64,000 nucleotides of DNA, taken from Octopus bimaculoides (Eukaryota). The notes beneath the pieces were generated by a model. The model was not told the origin of the DNA. It worked only from the letters and a program-made list of their open reading frames with translations, and did not search any database. The DNA lies in NCBI RefSeq assembly GCF_001194135.2, contig NC_068984.1, positions 27,788,486-27,852,485 on the forward strand, in the 5' to 3' direction. The translations under genes and the position numbers were made by a program. Below are positions 25,559 through 37,299 of the stretch, one piece after another. Every line of letters begins with the position of its first letter. Position 1 is the stretch's first letter.

Positions 25559-27369
25559 AGAAAGATTAGAAGAGTGATGACAAAAACAGTACATAAGATA
25601 GTAGGAAACTTCACACTTACTATCAAGATTTGGAGTAAGGGTCTCCTTAGTCATCCATTTTTGGTTATTCCCCAAATTATTTTTTACTGAAAACAATGAT
25701 CTAACCTGCTCCATTTTATATGGCCTCCAATACTAATGGTCAGAGGATAAGAAGTTGTTTTCAGCCTGGAACCAAGTTACACAATATTATAATATAACAA
25801 TGCAGAGAAAAAAATTTAATATTTTGAATACAATAATGACAATGTGATGATATTCAGTAAAAACAAGTAAACAACACAAATGTATTTTACATGAGCTAGA
25901 ATCACTTTAGCTCTAGAACTGATAATTTTACAAATAAATATACTCATTAAAACAGAAAACAACATACATTACACAATAGGCACCAAAGGGTCAGGTGCTA
26001 ATTCTAAACTGGGTACCAAATTAGGGCTACCGTGTATGAGAAAGTGGATTCCATACAGTTTACATCTACCAAATTTCACTAAATGAAGGGTATGATAGAT
26101 GTGAATTGTATAAGGTGCCTCGTAGTGGGATTGAACCTATTGCTACATGGTTGGAAAGCAGACTTCTAAATCTCACAGATATGTTTTGCAGCAATATATA
26201 TTAAAATACTACCAAAAAATTATAAATTTATGGAAATAGTGACTGTACATATAAGTATAAAACAGCAGTGACAGTTTCCTGCTAGAAGTATATTGACATT
26301 CTCTTCTACACTATAAGTACTTCAAACAGAAATTAATAGAATAAAACAAATGTTTGTCAAAATAAAATATCTGGCTAATATAATCAACCAAATTATATAA
26401 TACTGCAGAGAAAGAAATTTAACACATTAAGTACCATGTCTATAATACCAGTAAAAACAAACCATATAAAAGTATATTACATGAACCAAATTGGCTCTAG
26501 CTCTAGAATAGATAATCTTGTTATAAAAAAAAAATACTCATTGAAACAAAAAATTACATACATTACATCCAATCATAAACTAGCATTAATAATATATTGC
26601 AAAAAAGCTCGAAAATTAAAAATCTTCTTATCACTGAGAAACAATAAGTTTTAAAGCTACACAATAAATTTTAGATGACTAATGTAATTTACAAATTCAG
26701 ATGTAAATATGAAATTAGTAGCTCAGCTCTTAGATTAGATACACAAATATCACACTTTCTTGTTGACTGACCAAGAAGTCATTTTAAGAGCTGATATTGT
26801 AAGATACAAAATAAAATTGGGTAGAAAATTGGTTGATATTTGTCTTCCAAAAGCACAAATATTAATAATAAAAATGTATATTAATCACAAAATAATAATG
26901 CAAAAATCAAGTGATTAATAGTACACTGTCACTACAGACTGATGCTTGATATGAACCGGTGAGTGAGTTGCTATGTGGAACTTGATCTGCGCACAAAAGT
27001 GGCTAAATCTCACTCAAATCATACCCCCATCATCTTAGGAAAGAAACAAACAGACTGGATAAAGTAATCCTATATTTTATTGACTTGATCCAGAGGAAAG
27101 AGTTGTGAACAATGCCAGATTTAGGTATTAGGGAAGAATAATCATGATTTTAAGCTTTGAAATCTGCAGAGGTTGCAAAATAATTAAAATGTATGCTTTC
27201 AGTTTATGTAAAAACTTGTCGAGTAATTTTTAAACAAAGAGCCTTCAAGATTTTTATAACTTAGGTAGTCATCAAGCCTAAATCAGCACTGGATCAATGT
27301 GGTTAATGTTCTTCTTCAATATTTACAAGATGACAGCCGCTAGAAAGACATGTACTGAGAGTGAATGTC

Positions 27370-27880
27370 AGGGTATGATATTGTGGAGGAAAAACGTTTG
27401 TGCAAAATGATTAATAAAAGTGTTGGGAGTGCACATTCAGTATATTCAATAAGAGATGAGAGTACTGGTGATGTCTAAGTGAATGTAGTATGAGAAGAGT
27501 AGCCTACATCAAAGACACTGTAGAAGTGGTATAAAAAGAAGGCATAGAAATAAGACAACACATCTGTGGGTCAGAGGCAGGAGTGCACTAGTAACCAAAT
27601 CAGTTGGATGACATTATGGGGGATGCACTATGATATTCACTGTGTGTAACAGCAGTACCCAGCCATGTGCGGGAACAGTATTCCATTGTGGGACTCACTA
27701 GAGCTTTATAGAAGGTTAGTAGCTGATGTATTTTCTGGTTTTGGACCGCAATACCAGTCTTTGTGATGCAGCTTTGGTTATGCTGAAAATGTATAGCGAC
27801 AATAGAGATCTCCAGCGGTAGTGATGTTTAGCTTTAGAGTGACTGTGATGGTTCTAGTAGTGTGCTGTTTGTATTTAAGG
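27370..27880 (-). mobile_element. Jockey/CR1-like LINE relic, 3' part
   Basis: rc: SITKAASQRLVLRSKTRKY..QLLTFYKALVSPTMEYCSRTW; same group as 10150-11150. Confidence 0.7.
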
Positions 27881-27939
27881 GAATATTTCCTTGATATATA
27901 CATGTGTGTGTATCGTCCTCCCCCCCTCGTCCTCCTCCT

Positions 27940-27947
27940 CATCATCG

Positions 27948-27984
<37 letters not shown>

Positions 27985-28770
27985 TTAACGTCCGCTTTCC
28001 ATGTTGGGTTAGACGGTTTGATTGGAACTGGTAAGCCAGAGGGCTGCACCAGGTTCCAGTCTGCTTTGGCATGGCGTCTTTGGCTGGATACCTTCCTAAC
28101 GCCAACCACTCCGAGAGTGTAGTGGGTGCCTTTTACGTGCCACCGGCACAGATTCCATTTACATGACACTAGTAACAGCCACGACTACGACTTCACTTGG
28201 TTTGACGGATCTTCTGAAGCACAGCATATCGCCAAAAGTCTGTTACTAGTCATCACCTCCGTGAGGCCTAACATTCGAAGATCATACGTCATCACCTCAT
28301 CCTATATCTTCCTGGGTCTACTTCTTCCATAGGTTCTCACTACAGTTAGAGATCGGCACTTCTTTATACAGCTTTTCTCGTCCATATGCATCACATGACT
28401 ATACCAACACATTCGTTTCTCTTGCACGCCACATCTGATGCTTCTTAAACCCAATTTTTCTTTTAAAACACTTACACTCTGTCGCTCATGCACACTGACA
28501 TTGCACATCCAGCGAAGCATACTAGCTTCATTTCTTCGAAGCCTTTGCATATCTGCGGTTACAGTCCACTTTTCACTGCCGTGGAGCATGGCTGTTTGCA
28601 CAAAGGCAACAATCTGCCTTTCATTCTGAGGGAGAGGCCCTTTGTACCAACAGAGGTAGAAGGTCTCTGAACTTTGTCCAGCCTATTCTTATTCTAATAG
28701 CTACACTCTCGGACCATTCCTTCCACTGCTGACTTGGTCACCTAGATAACAAAAGTTACCAATTACTTCT
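27940..28770 (-). mobile_element. 5'-truncated RTE LINE (RT C-terminus, 3' UTR, (GAT)n tail)
   Basis: ORF 28302-28601: TAMLHGSEKWTVT..NEASMLRWMCNV..RSIRCGVQEKRMCWYSHVM..GRSRPRK; tail gacgttaaatgatgat. Confidence 0.93.
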
Positions 28771-28820
28771 TGATGGAGTCTATTTTCTTTATCTTTACAT
28801 AGTAGTGTTTATTGTACCTA

Positions 28821-28875
<55 letters not shown>

Positions 28876-28939
28876 ATGTATGTATATATATGCACATATA
28901 CACAGACATATATATATACATACATATATATACAAATAT

Positions 28940-28987
<48 letters not shown>

Positions 28988-28989
28988 AT

Positions 28990-30375
28990 GCCCACTGTAA
29001 GCTATGGACACATAAGAGGTGCAGCTATATCAAAGGAAGGCTAACTAGCAAGATNNNNNNNNNNTAAGAGGTGCAGCTATATCAAAGGAAGGCTAACTAG
29101 CAAGATAGTTTTTGTATGTGGCAGATGCTCAGGGGCAATAAACACTGGAAATGTGCAGAGAACAACTTCTGTCACATTCCAGGGAGAAAAGCTAGAAGTA
29201 GTTGACAGCTTCCGTTACCTAGGTGACCAAGTCATTAGTTGGGGTGGATGCTCTGAAAGTGTAGCTGCTAGAATAAGAATAGCCTGGGCAAAGTTCAGAG
29301 AGCTCCTACCTCTACTGATGACAAAGGGCTTCTCGTTCAGAGTACAAGGTAGACTGTATGATGCATGTGTACGAACAGCCATGCTACATGGCAGTGAAAC
29401 ATGGGCCGTGACTGCTGAGGACACGTGTAAGCTTGCAAGGAATGAAGCGAGTATGCTCCGCTGAATGTGTAATGTCAGTGTGCATACATAACAGAGTGAG
29501 AGCGCCTTGAGAGAAAAGTTGGACATAAGAAGCATCAGATGTGGCGTGCAAGAGAGACGACTGCGCTGGTATGGACATGTGGTGCGAATAGATGAGGACA
29601 GCTGTGTGAAAAAGTGTCGCACCCTAGCAGTTGAGGGAATCTGTGGAAAAGGTAGACCCAGGAAGACCTGGAATGAGGTGGTGAATCATGCCCTTCAAAC
29701 AGTGGGCCTCACCAAGGCAATGACTAGTGACCGAGACCTTTGGAAATATGCTGTGCTTGAGAAGACCAGCAAGACAAGTGAGAACATAACCCGTGGTCTA
29801 TGCCAGCGGTGTAATCAGCCTACTAATGCGTTACTTGCGAAGACCTGTTGAGGCAAGTGCAATCACAATCAAAATCAAATTCACTGACGTGGCCGATGAC
29901 ATCACCGCCTGACTGGCACCCGTGCCAGTGGAACATTAAAAGCACCAGCCGAGCGTGATCGTTGCCAGGGCTGCTCACTGGCTCCCGTGCCGGCGGCACA
30001 TAAAAAGCACCACTCGAGCGTATGCGTTACCAGCATCACCTTACTGGTACTTGTGCCGGTGGCACGTGAAAAACAACACTCGTGCGAGGTCGTTGCCAGT
30101 GCCGCTGGATTGGCTCATGTGCAGGTGGTACACAAAAGACACCATTTGATTGTGGCCGTCGCCAGTACCACATGACTGGCCCTAGTACCGGTGGCACGTA
30201 AAAGCATCCACTACACTCTCGGATTGGTTGGCATTGGGAAGGGTATCCAGCAGTAGAAACTCTGCCAGATCAGACTGGAGCCTGGTGCAGCCATCTGGCT
30301 CGCCAGTCCTCAGTCAAATCGTCCAACCCATGCCAGCATTGAAAGCGGACGTTAAAGGATAATGATGATGATGTT
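28990..30375 (+). mobile_element. 5'-truncated RTE LINE with PHD-like half finger, RT C-terminus, 3' UTR array and (GAT)n tail
   Basis: [78 protein letters not shown]; one in-frame stop near 29461. Confidence 0.95.
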
Positions 30376-30499
30376 GATGATATATATGTATATATATGTA
30401 TTTATATATATGCACATATATATGCGCGCACACCCACACACACACAAAGTCATATATTTGTAGTCATCGTGTTTCTGAACTGATGAAGCAAATAGATGA

Positions 30500-30830
30500 G
30501 TCATGACCTTCTTGAGTTCTCTACTCATGAAGTCATTGTAGATTTGATGTGAAACGTCTAAGCTACATATTGACGATGCTTGAAAGTGGAGAATTCGGGA
30601 GGAATAACGGCTGGTATTAGTTGTGTTGTAGTGGACACTGTTAGGAATGATGGAAAGTAGGTCATTGAAAGTAGAGTGTGAGGGGCAACATTGAAACTTT
30701 AGGTGTATGACAGTTGATAAAGCGTGTTTCTGATAGAATTTCATCAACACATATTGCAATGTAATGGGATGTTCTGAGAGGAGGCGAGTGATTTAAAAGG
30801 TGAGAGATGATTGGGAATGTTGGCAGGCAA
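30500..30830 (-). mobile_element. Jockey/CR1-like LINE relic, RT part (probable 5' continuation of 27370-27880)
   Basis: ORF 30352-30759 contains FNDLLSIIPNSVH, matching the FINDLL..SNPIHSFADD region. Confidence 0.55.
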
Positions 30831-31891
30831 TTTTATCTGAGATTTGCATGTTAAACATGGTTAAAAACCTTATTGATGTGAACAATAGTAATATTTTCAC
30901 AAAATTTCTCAAGGACAAAGAACCGCTAATAATATAGGAGAACTATCCCAAATTGACAGGCTGGTCTTAGCTAGAATAATTTTGATTATAGGTTTTCTCG
31001 ATCTGTTAAAACTCAAGGATAGTAAGGTTTTCTACACAATTCATCCATTCATCTGTCTATCCATCCATAAATACATACGTACATACATGAAAATATGCAC
31101 GTGTGCATACCTACCTACCTACCTACCTACCTACCTACCTACCTACCTACCTACCTACATACATACATACATTCATACATGCGTATATACATAGCTGTTT
31201 AGCATTACTGCATGTTGTTAAATCTTCAGACCTAACACTTGATACAATGACCAATCAACTTCCTGACTGCTGAAACGAATCCAATATCGATAGACAAAAT
31301 ATTTGAACAAAAAGCGATGCAAAACACATGCATCATTCCTATGATTCTTGTTTAGAATAAAATTGTTATAACAACTGTGCTTAGCTTATTTCGTCTAGGA
31401 AGTAAAAACAAAACGATTTTGAACGATTTTGAAATGCTGAATTATATTGGAAATGTATTTTTTAAAACCAGCATACAGATCTAATAACAAACTATAATTT
31501 TTTAAATATAATACAGTAAAGAGCTGAGTATAACAATATTTTCTATACCACATATACAAGTATACATAGAAGCATGTATGTATAAATACACATACTACAT
31601 ACTTTCAGGCATCTGTAAACACATGCTAGGTTGAGTCAAAAGTTTTTTCGGATTTCTATTAATGAATTTTGGCAATATGTATCTTCATGTTAAAACCTTA
31701 ATTTGATACAACTTGTTGTCCAATAGCTGCTGAATTGTTTATTCTTTATTTTCATATATAATATAGAAACATCAATTATTGATTTCTTTATTTTACACAC
31801 TTGAAAATGAATGGTGAAAAATTGGAATTAGTGCCATTTTTCCAAAAGAATATAATGGAGTGTTAGGTAATCCATATATATAACTCTACAC

Positions 31892-31956
31892 TCATGAGGG
31901 ATAGCTGATATGGAATGGAATATGGCCGTATTCCCTCTCATATCGGCTCTTTATGA
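31892..31956 (+). ncRNA. Pre-miRNA-like hairpin (candidate only)
   Basis: TCATGAGG/CTTTATGA, AGCTGATATG/CATATCGGCT and GGAATA/TATTCC stems with a 6 nt loop; G-U pairs favour the plus strand. Confidence 0.25.
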
Positions 31957-32103
31957 TGAGCGTAAAGTTATATGTATTGGATTGTTACCTAAGACACCAT
32001 TGTATTCTTTACATGAAACCGATTGGAAAGACTAGCTGTGATGGATACCTAATACTATAAAAGTCGGATAATACACCCACTCTACTGACAGTTGTACGCG
32101 TGC

Positions 32104-32116
32104 AGATCGGAAGAGC
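32104..32116 (+). other. Illumina adapter remnant AGATCGGAAGAGC (assembly artefact)
   Basis: Exact 13-mer of the universal TruSeq adapter start, ending exactly at an N-gap. Confidence 0.95.
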
Positions 32117-32184
32117 NNNNNNNNNNNNNNNNNNNNNNNNNNNNNNNNNNNNNNNNNNNNNNNNNNNNNNNNNNNNNNNNNNNN

Positions 32185-32234
<50 letters not shown>

Positions 32235-32245
32235 GATGAAGCATA

Positions 32246-32640
32246 TTTTGTTGTGTCAGGGGAGAGTCATTCTCTTTTTGTGCCTTATTATTTTACACAC
32301 TCACCGGTTCAGTTTCCACATTTACTTCTTTATTTTTTTCTCAAATTTTCGTTGCATCTTGCAACATTTTCAATAGTTGTTGACTGTCCGTTCTCTGAGC
32401 TGCGTTCCTTTTGTTTGTTTGTGCGCGCTCGTGTGTGTGCGTGCGCACACATGTGCACAACAAGCAAAAAAAAAAAAACGCAGCTCATAGAATGGACAGA
32501 GTCAACGACTATTGAAAAGGTTGAAAGACGCACCGAAATTTTTAGAAAAAATAAAAATGTGGCTGGATGGAAACTGAACTGGTGAGTGTGCTAAATAATA
32601 AGGCACTAAAAGAAAATGTCTCTCCCCAGACACAACAATA
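32246..32640. mobile_element. Foldback MITE (~390 bp, ~155 bp inverted arms, TA-flanked)
   Basis: ttgttgtgtcaggggagagtcatt...ttctctgagctgcgtt is mirrored by aacgcagctcatagaa...tctccccagacacaacaa|ta. Confidence 0.9.
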
Positions 32641-33039
32641 TACATACATATATATGCATATCTATCTATCTATCTATCTATCTATNNNNNNNNNNNNNNN
32701 NNNNNNNNNNNNNNNNNNNNNATATATATATATATATATATACATGTATGTATATATAAGAGCAAGTATTTATACACAAAAACGCATTGAAGCAAACGAA
32801 CAATATATTTACAGGGAATATTTCAACAACAAGAAAAAGAAGAGAATGCGAAACTACCGAAACAGTTAATAGAATAGGAAATAACCTTAAAAATACAATG
32901 TAACAGGCTTGCAAATAAGCATCTAGTGAAACTACTTTATTGAAAATGGAGAAATAGAATATGATGAAATGGAAAACCAAAGGGAGAAACATGAGATTAA
33001 GAATAGAATAAATTAATACTATAGGCGCAAAGTCTAAAA

Positions 33040-33189
33040 TACTGGTGTCAACAGATACTCTTTTCATCGATCCCGAAAAAATGAAAAGCAAAGTTGACCT
33101 CGACTACATCTGAGCGCAGAATGTAACGCTGGAAGAAATACCATTAAGCATTCTGTCCCGCGTGCTAACGATTCTGCCATCTCGTCGCC
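33040..33189 (-). mobile_element. SINE (family of 49111-49325), diverged
   Basis: rc ggcgacgagatggcagaatcgttagcacgcggg...gtcgaggtcaactttgcttttcat matches the 49.1 kb copy. Confidence 0.75.
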
Positions 33190-34168
33190 GTAAGAATAAA
33201 GACTAGACCACATTTTGGGCGTATTGATTCATTAGCAACTTCATGGAGCTATGTATTTCCCACTAATACACAGAGAAATATATACACATATATATAATGG
33301 CAGTAGAAGGGATTTTAGGATAGACTGATTGCTGTATCTAGCAGGAGATGCATTCATACGCAGGCTCTTCCTTCTTGGTTTGGATTATACTTTGGCGTAC
33401 ATCAATTGTCGAAAAACGATGGCAAAAGGTCGTGTCATTCACTTCATTTGTATGATAGAAACTATATTATTCAATAAAGTTTTAATCTAATGGTAGCGTT
33501 TGTAAGAATTTTGGACGCTATTTTTAAGAGGTTGGGCAAAAACGGGATTGCTATGTGTGCGTAACCCCTGTTATCTCTGATGGTAAAAGTATTGAGAAGA
33601 GTGATTGCAACCGCTGTACTACGTCAGTACGTCCATCATATCCTTTCACACACACACTAAACACACACACACACAGACACACACATATGTGCACGTGTGT
33701 GTATATATCTATATGCATGTATTTGTGTATGCATGTACACCTCTTTCTACTGCAGCTGATGATAATAGTAGAGTTAGAAAAGGAGGCAAAAGTCAAAACC
33801 TTATATTGTTTATTCGTGGAGATGCTATATATTATCGCCTTAGCGACCAATTTTCCATGCTTGCATGGATCACAGAGAGTTAAGGCAGATTTTCTACGGC
33901 CTAATGTCTTTTTTTCACCAACCCTCACCTGTTTCCAAGTAAAGTAATATTTCCACTTGGCCAGACATATTTTCACGGAAGACAGGAGACAAATGTATGA
34001 ATGCGACACTCGCTTATAATTATCACCTGATTACAAAAGATATGTATTTCACATACTCTCAGAGATTTATATTCTTGCGACGTCAATGTATTTATGTGTG
34101 TGCGTGTGTGTCTATAAACTCACTTGGAAATGGATGCGTCGCGTTCAATTAAATAATAAATAATATAG

Positions 34169-34205
<37 letters not shown>

Positions 34206-36049
34206 NNNNNNNNNNNNNNNNNNNNNNNNNNNNNNNNNNNNNNNNNNNNNNNNNNNNNNNNNNNNNNNNNNNNNNNNNNNNNNNNNNNNNNNNNNNNNNN
34301 NNNNNNNNNNNNNNNNNNNNNNNNNNNNNNNNNNNNNNNNNNNNNNNNNNNNNNNNNNNNNNNNNNNNNNNNNNNNNNNNNNNNNNNNNNNNNNNNNNNN
34401 NNNNNNNNNNNNNNNNNNNNNNNNNNNNNNNNNNNNNNNNNNNNNNNNNNNNNNNNNNNNNNNNNNNNNNNNNNNNNNNNNNNNNNNNNNATACATACAT
34501 ATATGGGTCCAGGACGTCACCAATTGTACAAATAACATGAAATACGTAAACAACGAGAAAAGGAAAAAATGGAAAGCAGTACAAGTTAACACAGGGAAAG
34601 GACCCTTCATTAGTTGTTGGCGATCTTTCTACTCCTCATTTCGAGCATTCAACAACAATATGAGTTTTCGAAGACAGTTGCTTCCATAAATTCTAAAATA
34701 AAATTTAGGATTTATAGAGGGCCAAATTTGGGAACAAAAGAATGACATTGGAGAGATATTCGAAATAAGGATAGAGATATTACGAGTTTGAAGATTTAAT
34801 GTACTCCCCTTCAGTACTGCATTTCGCCAAATGGATGGAACTTTGTTCTTGTCAGTACTACTAACTAAAATCTCTGAAGGGAGGATGGGAGAATTGATGT
34901 TTTTTCCGGTCACATATATACATATCGTCGCATAATCGTCATTATAATAACATTATTACTTTATTTACTTGCTGAAAATAAATATTTCAATATATATCAT
35001 TGCTTACATATATTGCCTCAGTGAAATATCTTTCCTTTCTCTGGTCCATTCTTTAGAACTTTTGTTTCGAAATTGCTACCAATTTCCGTTAAAATTTGGC
35101 AGTTATCTTTCCAGTAAAAATTAGAACCTCTGGCTCTTCTGTAGTAGCAAGTAGGAACCACACAGCAATTTGTGACAAAGCAGCAAGTATATAATTCCAG
35201 ATAACAACTGCTGGCAGACATATTTAAAAGTTTACAGAATTTTGGCACGAAATGCAATTCATATTTTGTTGCCCCTCACAGAACTTTACCTTATCAAATA
35301 GCTAATTAAAACTAATTGCGTTAATATGATTGCGAGTAACCTACAATCAAAAGATTACAATCAGAAATATCCATCTCTATGTTTCCTTGATGATATGTTA
35401 TTATTTCCTCTGCTCTAGTATACCCCATCACTTCCCCCCTCTCTCTCTCGCATTCTTTCTTTCTCTCTCACACGCTCTCTCTCTCTTTACCTCATTCTCT
35501 CAAATTCATAGATATATAAATGAAAATTGTGTACACACAGATATGTGAGCGTGTGTGTTTGTGTGTATGTATGCGTGCGTGTGCGCGCGCGCGTGCATGT
35601 GTGCATGCCGGAAGATTTAATCATATGTAAATTTATATATTTATGTACGCGTGCTCATGTGTTACATGTATGCACACACACACACACGCACACACACACA
35701 CACACACACATAGANNNNNNNNNNNNNNNNNNNNNNNNNNNNNNNNNNNNNNNNNNNNNNNNNNNNNNNNNNNNNNNNNNNNNNNNNNNNNNNNNNNNNN
35801 NNNNNNNNNNNNNNNNNNNNNNNNNNNNNNNNNNNNNNNNNNNNNNNNNNNNNNNNNNNNNNNNNNNNNNNNNNNNNNNNNNNNNNNNNNNNNNNNNNNN
35901 NNNNNNNNNNNNNNNNNNNNNNNNNNNNNNNNNNNNNNNNNNNNNNNNNNNNNNNNNNNNNNNNNNNNNNNNNNNNNNNNNNNNNNNNNNNNNNNNNNNN
36001 NNNNNNNNNNNNNNNNNNNNNNNNNNNNNNNNNNNNNNNNNNNNNNNNN

Positions 36050-36090
<41 letters not shown>

Positions 36091-36370
36091 ATATATATAT
36101 ATATTTATATACATACATACATGCATGCGTACATACATATGTATAAGCAGATGTAGATGTAATTATGCATCTGTGTGTGTTTGCATGTGTGTATGTGTAT
36201 ACTAATTAATTGAATGCACTCTAAGAAGTGATGATTAATATATAATTTTACATTTATATTTAACACGTTCCTGTAATCCAAATGTGGAAAAACTTTCGCT
36301 GTAGTAACTGTTTCGGAAGAGAAATCCCACTAATAAACTCTGCATGTGAAAACACAGCAATCTCGGCGAT

Positions 36371-36384
36371 GGATGACGTCATCC
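36371..36384. promoter_or_regulatory. Perfect palindromic CRE/ATF site GGATGACGTCATCC
   Basis: 14 bp palindrome containing TGACGTCA, in non-repeat CpG-retaining sequence, with TATAAA at 36451. Function untested. Confidence 0.3.
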
Positions 36385-37257
36385 GACGCCTTTGTGCTTT
36401 GTTATGCTTCCTCAGCAATTTCCGTATAAGAACAGTAGTACTTCGTGGGCTATAAACTTCGGATTTGGTGTCTGTACCTTATGAAGTGTAACGTCCACAA
36501 ACACGTCTCCTACATTCTGATGTCGTCATTCATAGCCTAGCTCAGTGTATCTTCATACACAAAGAATTTTTCACAGTTTTGTGAATAATTAGCGTGTTTT
36601 TTTATAATCAGAACTGCTTAGCACTTTATTATAATCAGCTCTGTTTAGCGTAGCGTTAGTTAAATAATTCCAGTGTGACAAACCGTTTCACACACTAATA
36701 AATTTGTTTACTCTAGTTCTTATTAAACGAAGAACGACTGATTATCTGTTTGTTGCTGATAAAGCGCAAAGAGGCAGAAACATGTTGATGAGGTTATTCG
36801 TAGCCAGCTCAGTATATTTTTCTTTTTACCCAATATANNNNNNNNNNNNNNNNNNNNNNNNNNNNNNNNNNNNNNNNNNNNNNNNNNNNNNNNNNNNNNN
36901 NNNNNNNNNNNNNNNNNNNNNNNNNNNNNNNNNNNNNNNNNNNNNNNNNNNNNNNNNNNNNNNNNNNNNNNNNNNNNNNNNNNNNNNNNNNNNNNNNNNN
37001 NNNNNNNNNNNNNNNNNNNNNNNNNNNNNNNNNNNNNNNNNNNNNNNNNNNNNNNNNNNNNNNNNNNNNNNNNNNNNNNNNNNNNNNNNNNNNNNNNNNN
37101 NNNNNNNNNNNNNNNNNNNNNNNNNNNNNNNNNNNNNNNNNNNNNNNNNNNNNNNNNNNNNNNNNNNNNNNNNNNNNNNNNNNNNNNNNNNNNNNNNNNN
37201 NNNNNNNNNNNNNNNNNNNNNNNNNNNNNNNNNNNNNNNNNNNNNNNNNNNNNNNNN

Positions 37258-37299
<42 letters not shown>

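Noticed and set aside
29889-30215. CRISPR-like appearance of the ~65 bp periodic array
   Set aside because: The whole unit is homologous with no unique spacers, it lies in a LINE 3' UTR in animal DNA, and there are no cas genes.
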